The notes under the pieces: model-generated
Seen by the model: only the letters and a program-made list of their open reading frames with translations
Told to the model about the DNA's origin: nothing
The model's database searches: none
Translations under genes and position numbers: made by a program
Part shown: positions 9,917 through 20,722 of the stretch, piece after piece
Numbering within the stretch: the first letter of the stretch is position 1
How the letters are laid out: each line of letters starts with the position of its first letter
Assembly: GCA_015059285.1 (NCBI GenBank)
Contig: SVAS01000004.1
Span: 28,782-92,781, forward strand
DNA: 64,000 nt
DNA from: Bacillota bacterium
GTDB lineage: Bacteria; Bacillota_I; Bacilli_A; RF39; UBA660
Direction of reading: 5' to 3'

Positions 9917-11524
9917 ATGATTATGATAAGAAATAAATTTAATATTTTAAATATTATTATTACATTAGTTGTAGGGTTAGTTATGTATTTCTTTTTCTTA
10001 CCACCAATTAATGTAACTAGTATGAGTTTTTGGACATTTATTATTATACTTTTAGGTATTTATATTTTACTTTCTTCTATATCCAAATTAGATATTAGAG
10101 GAAAATTAAGGGGAACTATTAAAGATATTAAAGTACTTGGAATAGTTATTTTTACTATTATAGTAGGAATTATGATTGTGAATTTTATTTTATCACCACT
10201 ATTTAATTCAAAATCATTTTCTAAAAGAATTAATGTAGTGGAAGATACCGAAGAAAGTAATTTTATAACAGAAATAAAACAAGTGGATTTTAATACTTTA
10301 CCACTTTTAGATAAAGATTCTTCTAGTCGTTTAGGTGATAGGGTAATGGGACAACTTCCAGAATTAGTTTCACAATTTTATGTATCTAGTTTATATACAC
10401 AAATTAATTATAATAATGAAATAGTTAGAGTAACACCACTAGAATATAATGGATTATTTAAATATATTTCTAATTATAAAGAAGGTGTTAAAGGATATAT
10501 TACTGTTAATTCAGTAACTGGAGATGCTAAGTTAGTAAAACTAGAAAAAGGAATGAAGTATATGCCTTCTGCGTATCTACTTAAAGATTTAGATCGTCAT
10601 TTAAGATTTCAATATCCAACTAAAATATTTGGAAATAAAAACTTTGAAATTGATAATGAAGGAAATCCTTATTGGATTACTCCAACTTTAAAATATGTAG
10701 GTATAGAACAAAGAGAAGAAGTAGAAGGAGTAATTATTACTAATCCTATTAATGGTAAATCAAAATATTATAAGGTAGGAAATGTTCCTACTTGGGTAGA
10801 TCATGTTTATAGTGCGAATTTAATTATAGAACAAGTAGATGACTGGGGGATGTATCGTAATGGATTTTTAAACTCAATCTTTGGACAGAAGAATGTAGTT
10901 GCGACTACTGATGGTTATAATTATACTGTTATGAATGATGATGTATATTTATATACAGGAATTACTTCAGTATCTAGTGATGAAGCAAATTTAGGTTTTA
11001 TTTTGACAAACCTTAGAACCAAAGAAACAAGATTTTATTCAGTTCCAGGCGCTGAAGAATATTCAGCTATGGCCTCAGCCGTAGGTCAAGTACAGCAAAT
11101 GCGCTATACTTCTACATTCCCACTATTAATTAATTTAAATAATCGTCCTACATATTTAGTTTCTTTAAAAGATGATGCAGGACTAGTTAAAATGTATGGG
11201 TTTATTGATGTTGCTGATTATCAAAAAGTAGTAGTAACAGATTCCGCTAAAGGAATAGAAGCTGCTGCTAGAAATTATTTAAATAATGTAGAATTAGGAA
11301 TTGATAAAGATTTATTAAAAGAAAAGGAAATAACTATTAAATCAATTAATACTGCAAGTATAGATGGAAATACTTATTATTATTTAATTGATAGTAGTAA
11401 TAATAAGTACTATACATCAATTAACATTAATAAAAAATTATTACCTTTCTTAAAAGTTGGCGATAAAATTAAAATAAAAGTTTCTAATGAAACAGATGTA
11501 ACAGAAATAATTGAAATAAATTAA
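9917..11524 (+). CDS. Conserved membrane protein (three N-terminal TM segments, large soluble domain)
   Basis: Long ORF with GGAGG RBS and hydrophobic N-terminus. Confidence 0.6.
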   Translation: MIMIRNKFNILNIIITLVVGLVMYFFFLPPINVTSMSFWTFIIILLGIYILLSSISKLDIRGKLRGTIKDIKVLGIVIFTIIVGIMIVNFILSPLFNSKSFSKRINVVEDTEESNFITEIKQVDFNTLPLLDKDSSSRLGDRVMGQLPELVSQFYVSSLYTQINYNNEIVRVTPLEYNGLFKYISNYKEGVKGYITVNSVTGDAKLVKLEKGMKYMPSAYLLKDLDRHLRFQYPTKIFGNKNFEIDNEGNPYWITPTLKYVGIEQREEVEGVIITNPINGKSKYYKVGNVPTWVDHVYSANLIIEQVDDWGMYRNGFLNSIFGQKNVVATTDGYNYTVMNDDVYLYTGITSVSSDEANLGFILTNLRTKETRFYSVPGAEEYSAMASAVGQVQQMRYTSTFPLLINLNNRPTYLVSLKDDAGLVKMYGFIDVADYQKVVVTDSAKGIEAAARNYLNNVELGIDKDLLKEKEITIKSINTASIDGNTYYYLIDSSNNKYYTSININKKLLPFLKVGDKIKIKVSNETDVTEIIEIN

Positions 11525-11615
11525 TACTAAAAGCAAATCAAAAAAGATTTGCTTTTTAAAATAAAAAATATTTAAATTTAAAATAGTTGTGATATAATTA
11601 ATAGTAGGTGATAGT

Positions 11616-11942
11616 ATGGAAAAGGAATTTGAAGATGTAATTAAAGCAAACCCTTTTGATAATTTATCAGAAGCAGATTTAATATTTTTATTAGAACATA
11701 ATAAAGATAAATTGTCAGAAGCACAAATTTTAGATGTTCAATCAAGAATTAGTAGATTTCAAAATAGTCGTCAAGACATGGATTATACTCATACACATGA
11801 ACCAGTTAAAACAATGATGTTAACTCCTCAAAATAAAAAAAGAGCAGGATATGTAGACATTACTATTTTAATGCTTTCTGTATGGGCAATGGGGATTTTA
11901 TGTATGGCTTATGTTTATACTAAAATAGGTATTATGTTTTAA
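11616..11942 (+). CDS. Hypothetical protein with C-terminal TM helix
   Basis: ORF with AGGTG RBS and TATAAT upstream. Confidence 0.55.
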   Translation: MEKEFEDVIKANPFDNLSEADLIFLLEHNKDKLSEAQILDVQSRISRFQNSRQDMDYTHTHEPVKTMMLTPQNKKRAGYVDITILMLSVWAMGILCMAYVYTKIGIMF

Positions 11943-12441
11943 AACCACCTTTCAAGGTAGTTGCATATTCACTTATAATCATAGCACTAGAATCTATTGA
12001 ACTAATTAAACTAACGCAGTCATGCGTTTTTTTTCTTGGTGTCATAACCATTAAAATACTCTTTAAATTATCTTTTCCATTACCTATAAAACTTGTTACA
12101 GCATATTTTTCTTTTCTTAATTCTTTAGAAATAACTTCACCTAAATTAAACTCTACAATAGACATAATTAAATTATTACCTAAAGCCATCTTTTCTTCCA
12201 TAACGCTACCTAAATATGAACCAAATGTAGAACCTAAACAAAAAAATAATATTTTAATTGGGTCTTTAGTAACATCTATTAGTACCATACTAGTACCAAT
12301 TACCCATATAATAGAAATAATACCATTTAAAATAGCTCCTACCCATTTTTTACCATTGGATACTACAATCACTCTTAAAGTACCTAAAGAATTTTCAATT
12401 ATTTTAGTTATAAAAATTATTACATATAATTTATAATTCAT
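11932..12441 (-). CDS. DUF2179/DUF5698-like membrane protein
   Basis: LGTLRVI..NGKK, TM helices, AVTSFIGNGKD PII-like tail. Confidence 0.75.
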   Translation of the reverse strand: MNYKLYVIIFITKIIENSLGTLRVIVVSNGKKWVGAILNGIISIIWVIGTSMVLIDVTKDPIKILFFCLGSTFGSYLGSVMEEKMALGNNLIMSIVEFNLGEVISKELRKEKYAVTSFIGNGKDNLKSILMVMTPRKKTHDCVSLISSIDSSAMIISEYATTLKGGFKT

Positions 12442-12502
12442 AATCTCACCTATATTATTATGATTACAAACTGATATTTTAAATCAAATAATTAAAAAAT
12501 GA

Positions 12503-12720
12503 ATTTATGTTATAGAAACCATTTCTAATATAGTTTTATATATAATAAAAGTGTCAATATCAAAAAATAAAACGAAATGTTATTGACAGCGAAATATTTA
12601 TGTTATAAAATAATTCTAGAACAATACGTTATACAAAGTAAACAAATGTATAAAAGAATAAAAAATTGTTCAAGATAAGAAAGAAGGAGCGGAAAGAGAA
12701 TGAAATCAAAAAGAAGAGGT
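12503..12720 (+). repeat. Upstream region duplicated at 47283-47508; includes sigmaA promoter and RBS of pilin 1
   Basis: Near-identical ~200 bp; TTGACA 12583-12588, 17 bp, TAAAAT 12606-12611. Confidence 0.9.
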
Positions 12721-13752
12721 TTTACCTTAATCGAGTTACTAGCAGTAATAGTAATACTAGCCATAATAGCACTAATAGCAGTACCAGTAATAATGAATAT
12801 AATAACAAGTGCAAGAAAGAGTGCATTTGAAGATACTGCATATGGATTAATAAGTGCTGGGGAAATGTATTATGCTCAGGCTCTATTAGAAAATGGAATG
12901 ACTAGTGATGTAGAGTTCACAATAACAGATGGAGAATTTGTTGGAACAAATAAACTAGAGGTAAAAGGAGCATTACCATCAAGTGGTAGTATTAAAGTTA
13001 CACGAGATGGTAAAGTAGCACTAGCTATTTCAAATGGAGCGATGTGTATCACAAAAGGATACGATGATAGTAAAATTGATCCAGAAGCAGATGTAGATAA
13101 TTGTGTACTACCAGCTGAACCTGCAAAAACACTAAGTGAATTAGCAAAAACAAATGACTTTGCTACAAGTGTAGATGCATGTGCAACAACAGGTACATGT
13201 GCAGTAGGAACAAAGTTTGCAATCGAAGTAGCCCCAGGAAATATCCAAAACTTCTATGTAGTAAGTGATGCTAGTAATAAAGTTACGTTAATCATGGATA
13301 AAAATGTTGATGAAAACACAGTAGCATGGATAACAAAAACAGATTATTTAGCAGCAGGAGGAACAGAAGCAGAATGGGATACAGAATGTGATGAATGTGG
13401 GAACAATAATAAAGGTCCAATAACAGCGTTAAATTACTTAGAAAGTCAAACGTCTAGTTGGACATATATAGCACCACAGGACTATACATTAACAGACAGT
13501 AAATATGGAACGATGACAAGAACAAATGCGCGCGCTAGAATGTTAACAGAAACAGAAGTAAATGCAATAATTAGTAATGATTGGTCATATGGAAATTTAG
13601 CAATGCCACCATATGGATACTGGACAAGCTCTGCTTATGCGGACATTGCTATCAGCGCTTGGCGCGTGTACCGCGTCGGTCGCGTTGACATCGGCGACGT
13701 CATCATTGACGACAGCTACGGTGTGCGCCCAGTTATCGAAATCTCAAAATAA
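12700..13752 (+). CDS. Type IV pilin-like protein with C-terminal CLec-like domain; putative DGR target (pilin 1)
   Basis: Class III signal peptide RRG/FTLIELLAVIVIL; C-terminal YWTSSA...YGVRPVIEISK. Confidence 0.88.
   Translation: MKSKRRGFTLIELLAVIVILAIIALIAVPVIMNIITSARKSAFEDTAYGLISAGEMYYAQALLENGMTSDVEFTITDGEFVGTNKLEVKGALPSSGSIKVTRDGKVALAISNGAMCITKGYDDSKIDPEADVDNCVLPAEPAKTLSELAKTNDFATSVDACATTGTCAVGTKFAIEVAPGNIQNFYVVSDASNKVTLIMDKNVDENTVAWITKTDYLAAGGTEAEWDTECDECGNNNKGPITALNYLESQTSSWTYIAPQDYTLTDSKYGTMTRTNARARMLTETEVNAIISNDWSYGNLAMPPYGYWTSSAYADIAISAWRVYRVGRVDIGDVIIDDSYGVRPVIEISK
13621..13752 (+). repeat. DGR variable repeat VR1
   Basis: Ungapped match to 48421-48552 with 17 differences, all at codon positions 1/2 of NNC/NNT codons; GC-rich in an AT-rich genome. 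Confidence 0.88.
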
Positions 13753-13882
13753 TCATCTAAACTTGGATATTTGTAGTAATGTAATACGAAGTTAGAAATA
13801 AGGTTTTGAAAAGAATGATAATAAGAGCACATGTGTAAGAAATCTAAGATTACTTTAAAAATACGCGATAGCGTATTTTTTT
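13753..13882 (+). repeat. Conserved post-VR region and hairpin/terminator (copy at 48553-48682)
   Basis: Near-identical ~90 bp, then AAAAATACGC-GATA-GCGTATTTTT. Confidence 0.85.
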
Positions 13883-13906
13883 CGGTTTTAGGTAAAAAAA
13901 CATTTT

Positions 13907-13979
13907 TTAGCACTCATATATTGACAATGCTAACATATAATAGTATAATGAAGTAGCAGTCAATAAAAAAGAGTGCTAA
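13907..13979 (+). promoter_or_regulatory. Two CIRCE-like operators flanking the sigmaA promoter of the hrcA-dnaK operon
   Basis: TTAGCACTC-N9-CAATGCTAA (13907-13933), GTAGCAGTC-N9-GAGTGCTAA (13953-13979); TTGACA-17-TATAAT. Confidence 0.88.
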
Positions 13980-13992
13980 AAGAGGTGGTTAA

Positions 13993-14982
13993 ATGCTTAA
14001 TAATCGTCAAAGTGAATTACTTAAGTTAATTGTTGAAGATTATATTAAAACAGCTCGTCCAGTAGGTTCTAAAGCTTTATGTGATATTTTAAATTGTTCT
14101 AGTGCAACAATTAGAAATGAAATGGCATTGTTAGAAGAAAATGGCTATTTAGAAAAAACACATATTTCATCAGGTAGAGTTCCTAGTGAAAAAGGTTATA
14201 GATATTATGTTGATAATATTATGAAACCTAAAGAGTTAACAGGTGAAGATATGTTGAAATTGCAAACAATTTTCAATAATAATTCTTTAATGTTAGAAGA
14301 TTATATTACTAAGAGTATGGAAATTATATCTGAGATGACTAATTTAACGGCTGTTGTTTTGGGTAAATCATCTAAAGAAAATTGTGTTAGTAAAATTGAA
14401 GTTGTTCCGATTAACGATCAAAGTTTAATTGCAATTGTTATAACTGATAAAGGTCATGTTGAACATAGAAATATAGTTGTTAGTGAAAATGTATCTTTAA
14501 CTGATGTTAAACAAACAGTTGATTTAATTAATAAGATGATTATAGGAACACCTATTGATGAAGTTAGTATGAAATTAGAATATGAAGTAAAACCTATTAT
14601 AGCAAGATATGTAAAACAACATGAGGTTTTATATAATGCTTTCTATAGTGCGTTTAGTGATTTTACTAATAACTCTAACATAACATTAAAGGGAACTAAA
14701 AATATTTTGATGCAACCAGAGTTTAATGATACTGAAAAGATTAGACAAATTATTAGTAAGTTTGAAGATAGAGAAATGGTTAGTAGTATTGAATCAGAAG
14801 AAAATGGAGTTAACATTTATATTGGTAGTGAAAATGATTTTGATGATAATGTTACTATTATTAAAGCAAAATATAATTCTAATGGAGAAGAAGGAACTAT
14901 TGCTTTAATAGGACCTAAGAGAATGGAATATGATCGTGTTATATCTTTACTTAATTATATAATGAAAAATATTGGTGCATAG
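13993..14982 (+). CDS. hrcA: Heat-inducible transcription repressor
   Basis: PVGSK, SSATIRNEM, HISSGRVPSEKGYRYYVD, GPKRMEY. Confidence 0.95.
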   Translation: MLNNRQSELLKLIVEDYIKTARPVGSKALCDILNCSSATIRNEMALLEENGYLEKTHISSGRVPSEKGYRYYVDNIMKPKELTGEDMLKLQTIFNNNSLMLEDYITKSMEIISEMTNLTAVVLGKSSKENCVSKIEVVPINDQSLIAIVITDKGHVEHRNIVVSENVSLTDVKQTVDLINKMIIGTPIDEVSMKLEYEVKPIIARYVKQHEVLYNAFYSAFSDFTNNSNITLKGTKNILMQPEFNDTEKIRQIISKFEDREMVSSIESEENGVNIYIGSENDFDDNVTIIKAKYNSNGEEGTIALIGPKRMEYDRVISLLNYIMKNIGA

Positions 14983-14990
14983 GAGGTATT

Positions 14991-15569
14991 ATGAGCGAAG
15001 AAAAAAAATGCAGGTGTCATGAAGGGGAAACTTGTTCATGCGAAGAAGAAACTTGTGAATGTATAAAAGAAGAAAAAAAGGAACAAAACAAAAAGAAAGT
15101 AAAAAAGGATAAACATCTTGATAAATTAAATGAGGCATTTAATAAAATAAGTGAACTAGAAGATAGTTTACTTAGAAGTAAAGCTGATTTTATAAACTAT
15201 CGTAAACGTTTAGAAGATGAACAGGTAAGATTATTTAAATATTGTAATGAAGATTTAGTTAAAGAAATGTTACCTATTATTGATAGTTTAGAAAGATGTA
15301 TAAGTATGGATGATAATAATTTAGATGATGAGGTTTCTAAATATTTATCAGGAGTTAAAATGATATATTGTAATTTAACATCTATTTTAAATAAATATGG
15401 TGTTAAAGATATAGATGGTGTTAATAAACCATTTGATCCAGCATTCCATCAAGCAGTGATGACTGAAAAATGTGATATGGAATCTGGTATGGTAATAGAA
15501 GTGTTACAAAAAGGATATTTACTTAAAGATAAAGTAATTAGACCAGCAATGGTTAAGGTTAGTGAATAG
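14991..15569 (+). CDS. grpE: Nucleotide exchange factor GrpE
   Basis: ADFINYRKR, FDPAFHQAV, QKGYLLKDKVIRPAMVKV. Confidence 0.95.
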   Translation: MSEEKKCRCHEGETCSCEEETCECIKEEKKEQNKKKVKKDKHLDKLNEAFNKISELEDSLLRSKADFINYRKRLEDEQVRLFKYCNEDLVKEMLPIIDSLERCISMDDNNLDDEVSKYLSGVKMIYCNLTSILNKYGVKDIDGVNKPFDPAFHQAVMTEKCDMESGMVIEVLQKGYLLKDKVIRPAMVKVSE

Positions 15570-15584
15570 GAAAGGTGATTATAT

Positions 15585-17408
15585 ATGAGTAAAACAATTG
15601 GTATTGATTTAGGTACAACAAATAGTTGTGTATCTGTATATGAAGGTGGAGAAGCAAAAGTTATTGCTAATCCAGAAGGAAATAGAACTACTCCTTCAGT
15701 AGTAGCGTTTTCTAAAGATGGAGAAATTATTGTAGGGTTAAAAGCTAAAAATCAAATGATTACTAACCCAAATGTAGTTTATTCTATTAAAAGAGATATG
15801 GGAACTGATAAAAAAGTAGAAATTCAAGGTAAAAAATATACTGCTGAAGAAATTTCTGCTATGATTTTAGGAGATTTAAAGAAAACTGCAGAAGCTTATT
15901 TAGGTGAAAAAGTTACTAAAGCAGTTATTACTGTTCCAGCATACTTTAATGATGCTCAAAGACAAGCAACTAAAAATGCTGGTAAGATTGCTGGATTGGA
16001 AGTTGAAAGAATTATTAATGAACCAACTGCTGCAGCTTTAGCATACGGTCTTGATAAACAAGATAAAAATGAAAAAGTATTAGTTTATGACCTTGGTGGA
16101 GGTACTTTTGACGTATCTATTTTAGAACTTGGAGATGGTGTGTTTGAAGTATTATCTACTAGTGGTAATAACCATTTAGGTGGGGATGACTTTGATGAAA
16201 GAGTAATGGACTATTTAGTAGATGAATTTAAACGTGAAAATGCTATTGATTTATCTAAAGATAAAATGGCTATGCAAAGAATTAAAGATGCCGCTGAAAA
16301 AGCTAAAAAAGATTTAAGTGGTATGACTTCAACTGAAGTATCTATTCCATTTATTACTCAAGGTGAAGATGGCCCACTACATTTAAATTTAAATTTAACT
16401 AGAGCTAAGTTTGAAGATTTAGTAGGAGACTTGATTGATTCTACTTTAACTCCTGTTAGAAATGCTTTAAAAGATGCAAAATTAAGTGCTAGTGATATTG
16501 ATAAAGTATTATTAGTAGGTGGATCTACTCGTATTCCTAAAGTTCAAGAAATTATTGAAAAAGAATTAGGAAAAGAACCATCTAAAGGAGTAAATCCTGA
16601 TGAAGTAGTTGCTATGGGTGCTGCTATTCAAGGGGGAGTTTTAACAGGAGAAGTTGATGATATTGTTTTATTAGACGTAACACCACTTTCACTTGGTATT
16701 GAAACTTTAGGTGGTGTAATGACTAAATTAATTGATAGAAATACAACTATTCCAACAAGTAAATCACAAGTATTCTCAACTGCTGCTGATAATCAACCTG
16801 CTGTAGATATTCATGTTTTACAAGGTGAAAGAAGTATGGCAGCTGATAATAAAACTTTAGGACGTTTCCAACTTACAGATATCCCACCAGCACCTAGAGG
16901 AGTACCTCAAATTGAAGTTACTTTTGATATAGATGCTAATGGTATTGTTAATGTTAAAGCTAAAGATTTAGGAACTAATAAAGAACAAGCTATAACTATT
17001 ACTTCTAATACTAGCTTAACTGATGAAGAAATAGAAAAAATGGTAAAAGAAGCTGAAGCTAATAAAGAAGCCGATGAAAAACGTAAAGAAGAAGCTGATG
17101 TTCGAAATGAAGCTGAACAAATGATTTTTACAACTGAAAAATCAATTAAAGATTTAGAAGGTAAAATAGATAGTAAAGATAAAGAAAAAGCAGAAAATCA
17201 AATTAAAGAATTAAAAGAAGCTTTAGAAAAAAATGATATTGAAGATATTAAGAAGAAAAAAGAAGCTTTAACAGAAACTGCTATGGCTATGGCTACTAAA
17301 GTTTATGAAGAGGCTGCAAAACAATCTCAAACTGAACAAACAGATGCTAAATCAGAAGAAACAGATAAAAAAGATGATGTAATTGATGCTGAATATGAAG
17401 AAAAATAA
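15585..17408 (+). CDS. dnaK: Chaperone DnaK
   Basis: [31 protein letters not shown]. Confidence 0.98.
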   Translation: MSKTIGIDLGTTNSCVSVYEGGEAKVIANPEGNRTTPSVVAFSKDGEIIVGLKAKNQMITNPNVVYSIKRDMGTDKKVEIQGKKYTAEEISAMILGDLKKTAEAYLGEKVTKAVITVPAYFNDAQRQATKNAGKIAGLEVERIINEPTAAALAYGLDKQDKNEKVLVYDLGGGTFDVSILELGDGVFEVLSTSGNNHLGGDDFDERVMDYLVDEFKRENAIDLSKDKMAMQRIKDAAEKAKKDLSGMTSTEVSIPFITQGEDGPLHLNLNLTRAKFEDLVGDLIDSTLTPVRNALKDAKLSASDIDKVLLVGGSTRIPKVQEIIEKELGKEPSKGVNPDEVVAMGAAIQGGVLTGEVDDIVLLDVTPLSLGIETLGGVMTKLIDRNTTIPTSKSQVFSTAADNQPAVDIHVLQGERSMAADNKTLGRFQLTDIPPAPRGVPQIEVTFDIDANGIVNVKAKDLGTNKEQAITITSNTSLTDEEIEKMVKEAEANKEADEKRKEEADVRNEAEQMIFTTEKSIKDLEGKIDSKDKEKAENQIKELKEALEKNDIEDIKKKKEALTETAMAMATKVYEEAAKQSQTEQTDAKSEETDKKDDVIDAEYEEK

Positions 17409-17459
17409 TTAAAAAAGAGGTTCTAGTTATCTAGAACTTTCTTTAAAGAAAGGTTAATT

Positions 17460-19256
17460 ATGGGGAACGTACAAAAAAGAAGAGAAGAAGTAGAAGAGAA
17501 ATATAAATGGGATCTTACCTTAATTTATAAATCTGATGAAAAGTGGTATGAGGATTTAAATATTGTAGATAAAGAAACTGAAAAAATATCTAATTTTAGA
17601 GGGAATATTGTAAATAGCGCTAAAAATTTATTAGATTATATAGAGTTTTCATTAAATTTAGAAAGAAAACTTTATAAGCTATATTATTATGCTCACTTAA
17701 ATTTTGATTCCGATACTACTAATAATAATTATCAAGAAATGAAGGGGAAAGTAGATAATTTATTGTTAAAATATAATGAATTAGATTCATTTTCTACCCC
17801 TGAAATGATGAGTGTTGATTATGATGTTATTAAAAATTTTATAAAACAAGAACACAAATTAGAACAATATGCCTTTTTATTAGAACAAATATATCGTAAT
17901 AAAGAGCATGTTTTATCTAAAGAAGAAGAAAAAATAATATCATCTTTTTCTAATTTGTTAGGTAGTCCAGAAGATGTGTTTGACTCTTTAACTGATTCTG
18001 ACTTGAAGTTTGGAACAATAAAAAATGAAAATGGCGAAGATATTGAACTTACTGAAAGTAATTATACTAAGTTTATTGAATCTGATAATAGAGAAATAAG
18101 AAAAAATGCTTTTGAAAAGTTATTAGGTACTTATTCTAATTATAAAAATACAATTGCTAAAACTTTTTCTTCAAATGTTGAAGTGTTAACTGTTTTGGCT
18201 AAGTTAAGACATTATAATAGTAGTTTAGAAGCATCACTTTTTGATGATAATGTAGATGTTAAGATTTACAATAACTTAATTGATACAATTTCTAATAATT
18301 TAAGTGTTTTATATAAGTATTTTGATTTGAGAAAAGAGGTTTTAAAATTAGATGAATTTCATTTGTATGATCAATATAATGCTTTAGTTCCTAGTTGTAC
18401 GAAAAAATATTCTTTTGAAGAGGCTCGTAAAATTATTATATCCGCATTAAGTGTACTAGGAGAGGATTATGTTGAAATCTTAAATAAAGCTTTTGATGAA
18501 AGATGGATTGATGTTTATAATAATGTAGGAAAAAGAACTGGTGCTTATTCAAGTGGATTTTATGATACTAAACCATATATACTTTTAAATTATGAAGAAA
18601 CTTTCAATAGTGTTTCTACATTAGCTCATGAATTAGGTCATTCTTTGCACACTTATTATTCTTGTAAAAATAATCCATATCAATATTCCCGTTATAAAAT
18701 ATTTGTAGCAGAAGTCGCATCTACTGTAAATGAATTATTATTAGATTTTTATATTTTAAATAATAGTAATGATAATGACGAAAAAAAATATATTATTAGT
18801 GACTTGATGAATTCGTTTAAATCAACAATTTATCGTCAGGTAATGTTTGCTGAATTTGAACGCGATATGCATGCTTTAAAAGAAGAAGGCGGAGTTTTAA
18901 CTAATGAAACTATATCTAATCATTATTATAAACTTAACCAAAAATATTTTGGACCTAACGTGGTAGTTGATGAGTTAATAAAATTTGAATGGGAAAGAAT
19001 ACCTCATTTCTATTATGATTTTTATGTATATAAATATGCAATTGGATTATCTTGTGCATGCTTTATTGTAAGTAATATTTTGAATGGTAAAGAAAATGCT
19101 TTAGAAGATTATAAAAAGTTTTTGAGTAGTGGTGGTAGTGATTATCCGATAAATGAACTTCTAATTGCAAATGTTGATATAACAAGTAGTGAAGTTATTG
19201 AAAGTGCTATAAAAATGTTTGATGATTTAATTAAACAATTTAAAACTTTAAATTAG
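17460..19256 (+). CDS. pepF: Oligoendopeptidase F (M3B)
   Basis: KWDL, GAYSSG, TLAHELGHSLH, FVAEVAST, IPHFY. Confidence 0.92.
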   Translation: MGNVQKRREEVEEKYKWDLTLIYKSDEKWYEDLNIVDKETEKISNFRGNIVNSAKNLLDYIEFSLNLERKLYKLYYYAHLNFDSDTTNNNYQEMKGKVDNLLLKYNELDSFSTPEMMSVDYDVIKNFIKQEHKLEQYAFLLEQIYRNKEHVLSKEEEKIISSFSNLLGSPEDVFDSLTDSDLKFGTIKNENGEDIELTESNYTKFIESDNREIRKNAFEKLLGTYSNYKNTIAKTFSSNVEVLTVLAKLRHYNSSLEASLFDDNVDVKIYNNLIDTISNNLSVLYKYFDLRKEVLKLDEFHLYDQYNALVPSCTKKYSFEEARKIIISALSVLGEDYVEILNKAFDERWIDVYNNVGKRTGAYSSGFYDTKPYILLNYEETFNSVSTLAHELGHSLHTYYSCKNNPYQYSRYKIFVAEVASTVNELLLDFYILNNSNDNDEKKYIISDLMNSFKSTIYRQVMFAEFERDMHALKEEGGVLTNETISNHYYKLNQKYFGPNVVVDELIKFEWERIPHFYYDFYVYKYAIGLSCACFIVSNILNGKENALEDYKKFLSSGGSDYPINELLIANVDITSSEVIESAIKMFDDLIKQFKTLN

Positions 19257-19268
19257 GTGGTGTAGTAT

Positions 19269-20378
19269 ATGAACAAAAGAGATTATTATGAAATATTAGG
19301 CGTTAATAAAAATGCGAGTGAATCTGAAATAAAATCCGCATTTAGAAAACTTGCTAAAAAATATCACCCTGATGTTTCTAAAGAACCTGATGCAGCTGAA
19401 AAATTTAAAGAAGCTCAAGAAGCTTACGCAGTTTTATCAGATGATAATAAAAGAAAACAATACGATCAATTTGGTCATGCTGCATTTTCAAATGGCGCAG
19501 GTGGAGCTGGGTATGATTTTTCTGGTTTTGACTTTTCAGATATATTTGATGGATTATTTGGAGATGGCTTTGGTTTTTCTAACTTTGGATCATTTGGTGG
19601 AAATGCTTCTAAAGCTAGAAAAGGAAGAGATTCTTTATTACGTGTAAATTTAAGTTTTGAAGAAGCTATTAATGGTTGTAAGAAATCTATTAACGTGGAT
19701 GTTATGGATAGTTGTAAAGAATGTAATGGTAAAGGTGGTTTTGATGAGACTACTTGTTCTACTTGTCATGGTAGTGGGTCTGTTACAAGTGAGCAAAGAA
19801 CTATTTTTGGTTCATTTATGACAAAAACTACCTGTCCTAGTTGTAATGGTAAAGGTAAAACTTACGCTAAAACATGTTCCAAATGTCATGGAGCAGGTAA
19901 GGTTAAAACTAATAAAGATTTAGAGGTTAAAGTACCTGCTGGAATTGATACAGGAAATCAACTGCGTCTTGCTGGTAAGGGAGAACCTGGTATAAATGGT
20001 GGACCTAACGGAGATATTTATTTAGAATTTAAAGTTGATAAACATCCAATATTTGTAAGAGATGACATAGATATTTATTTAGAACTTCCAATTACTATTA
20101 CTGAAGCTATTTTAGGATGTAAAAAAGACATTCCAACTTTAACAGGAACTGTTAAATTAACTATACCAGCTGGTAGTCAAAGTGGTGAAAAACATCGCTT
20201 AAGAGGAAAGGGTATTCAAAATGTTAATGGATTTGGTAAAGGGGATATGTATATTATTATTAATGTAGTTATTCCTACTAAATTAACTCGTGATCAAAAG
20301 AAATTAATTGAAACGTTAAGTAAAACTGATTTAGAAACAGAAGAAGTATTTAAAAAATATAAAAAACATACAAAATAA
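19269..20378 (+). CDS. dnaJ: Chaperone DnaJ
   Basis: J domain HPD, G/F region, four CxxCxGxG repeats. Confidence 0.97.
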   Translation: MNKRDYYEILGVNKNASESEIKSAFRKLAKKYHPDVSKEPDAAEKFKEAQEAYAVLSDDNKRKQYDQFGHAAFSNGAGGAGYDFSGFDFSDIFDGLFGDGFGFSNFGSFGGNASKARKGRDSLLRVNLSFEEAINGCKKSINVDVMDSCKECNGKGGFDETTCSTCHGSGSVTSEQRTIFGSFMTKTTCPSCNGKGKTYAKTCSKCHGAGKVKTNKDLEVKVPAGIDTGNQLRLAGKGEPGINGGPNGDIYLEFKVDKHPIFVRDDIDIYLELPITITEAILGCKKDIPTLTGTVKLTIPAGSQSGEKHRLRGKGIQNVNGFGKGDMYIIINVVIPTKLTRDQKKLIETLSKTDLETEEVFKKYKKHTK

Positions 20379-20401
20379 AACTATTGATTTCAATAGTTTT
20401 T

Positions 20402-20614
20402 TTAATTATTATTTAAACCTAGTTGTATATTTTTGATAATAACTTCTTTTAAATCTATATCTGAATTTTTCCACAATATTTCAAAAAAAACTCCTAAACC
20501 AGGTAAAGTTATTTCTTGACTTTCTTCAATAGAAGATTCAATAGAAGCTTTAATTTCACTTATATCCGCATCATTAAAATTGTCTTTAATGCTTTTTCTG
20601 ATATCTATATTCAT
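20402..20614 (-). CDS. sspI: Small acid-soluble spore protein SspI
   Basis: MNIDIRKSI...LPGLGVFFEILWK. Confidence 0.8.
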   Translation of the reverse strand: MNIDIRKSIKDNFNDADISEIKASIESSIEESQEITLPGLGVFFEILWKNSDIDLKEVIIKNIQLGLNNN

Positions 20615-20722
20615 AATTTCTCCTTTCATAATTATAATGTTTTAAATAATAGATTTTTATACAAAACTATTTTCTTTTTTGATAATTTATTATATAATTA
20701 AGATAATAAAGGAGGAATTAAA

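Noticed and set aside
13613-13795. 60-aa alternative-frame ORF, repeated at 48413-48595
   Set aside because: By-product of the A-poor, stop-free VR and the duplicated flank; no RBS. It is not a TR either, as it is not AAC-rich.
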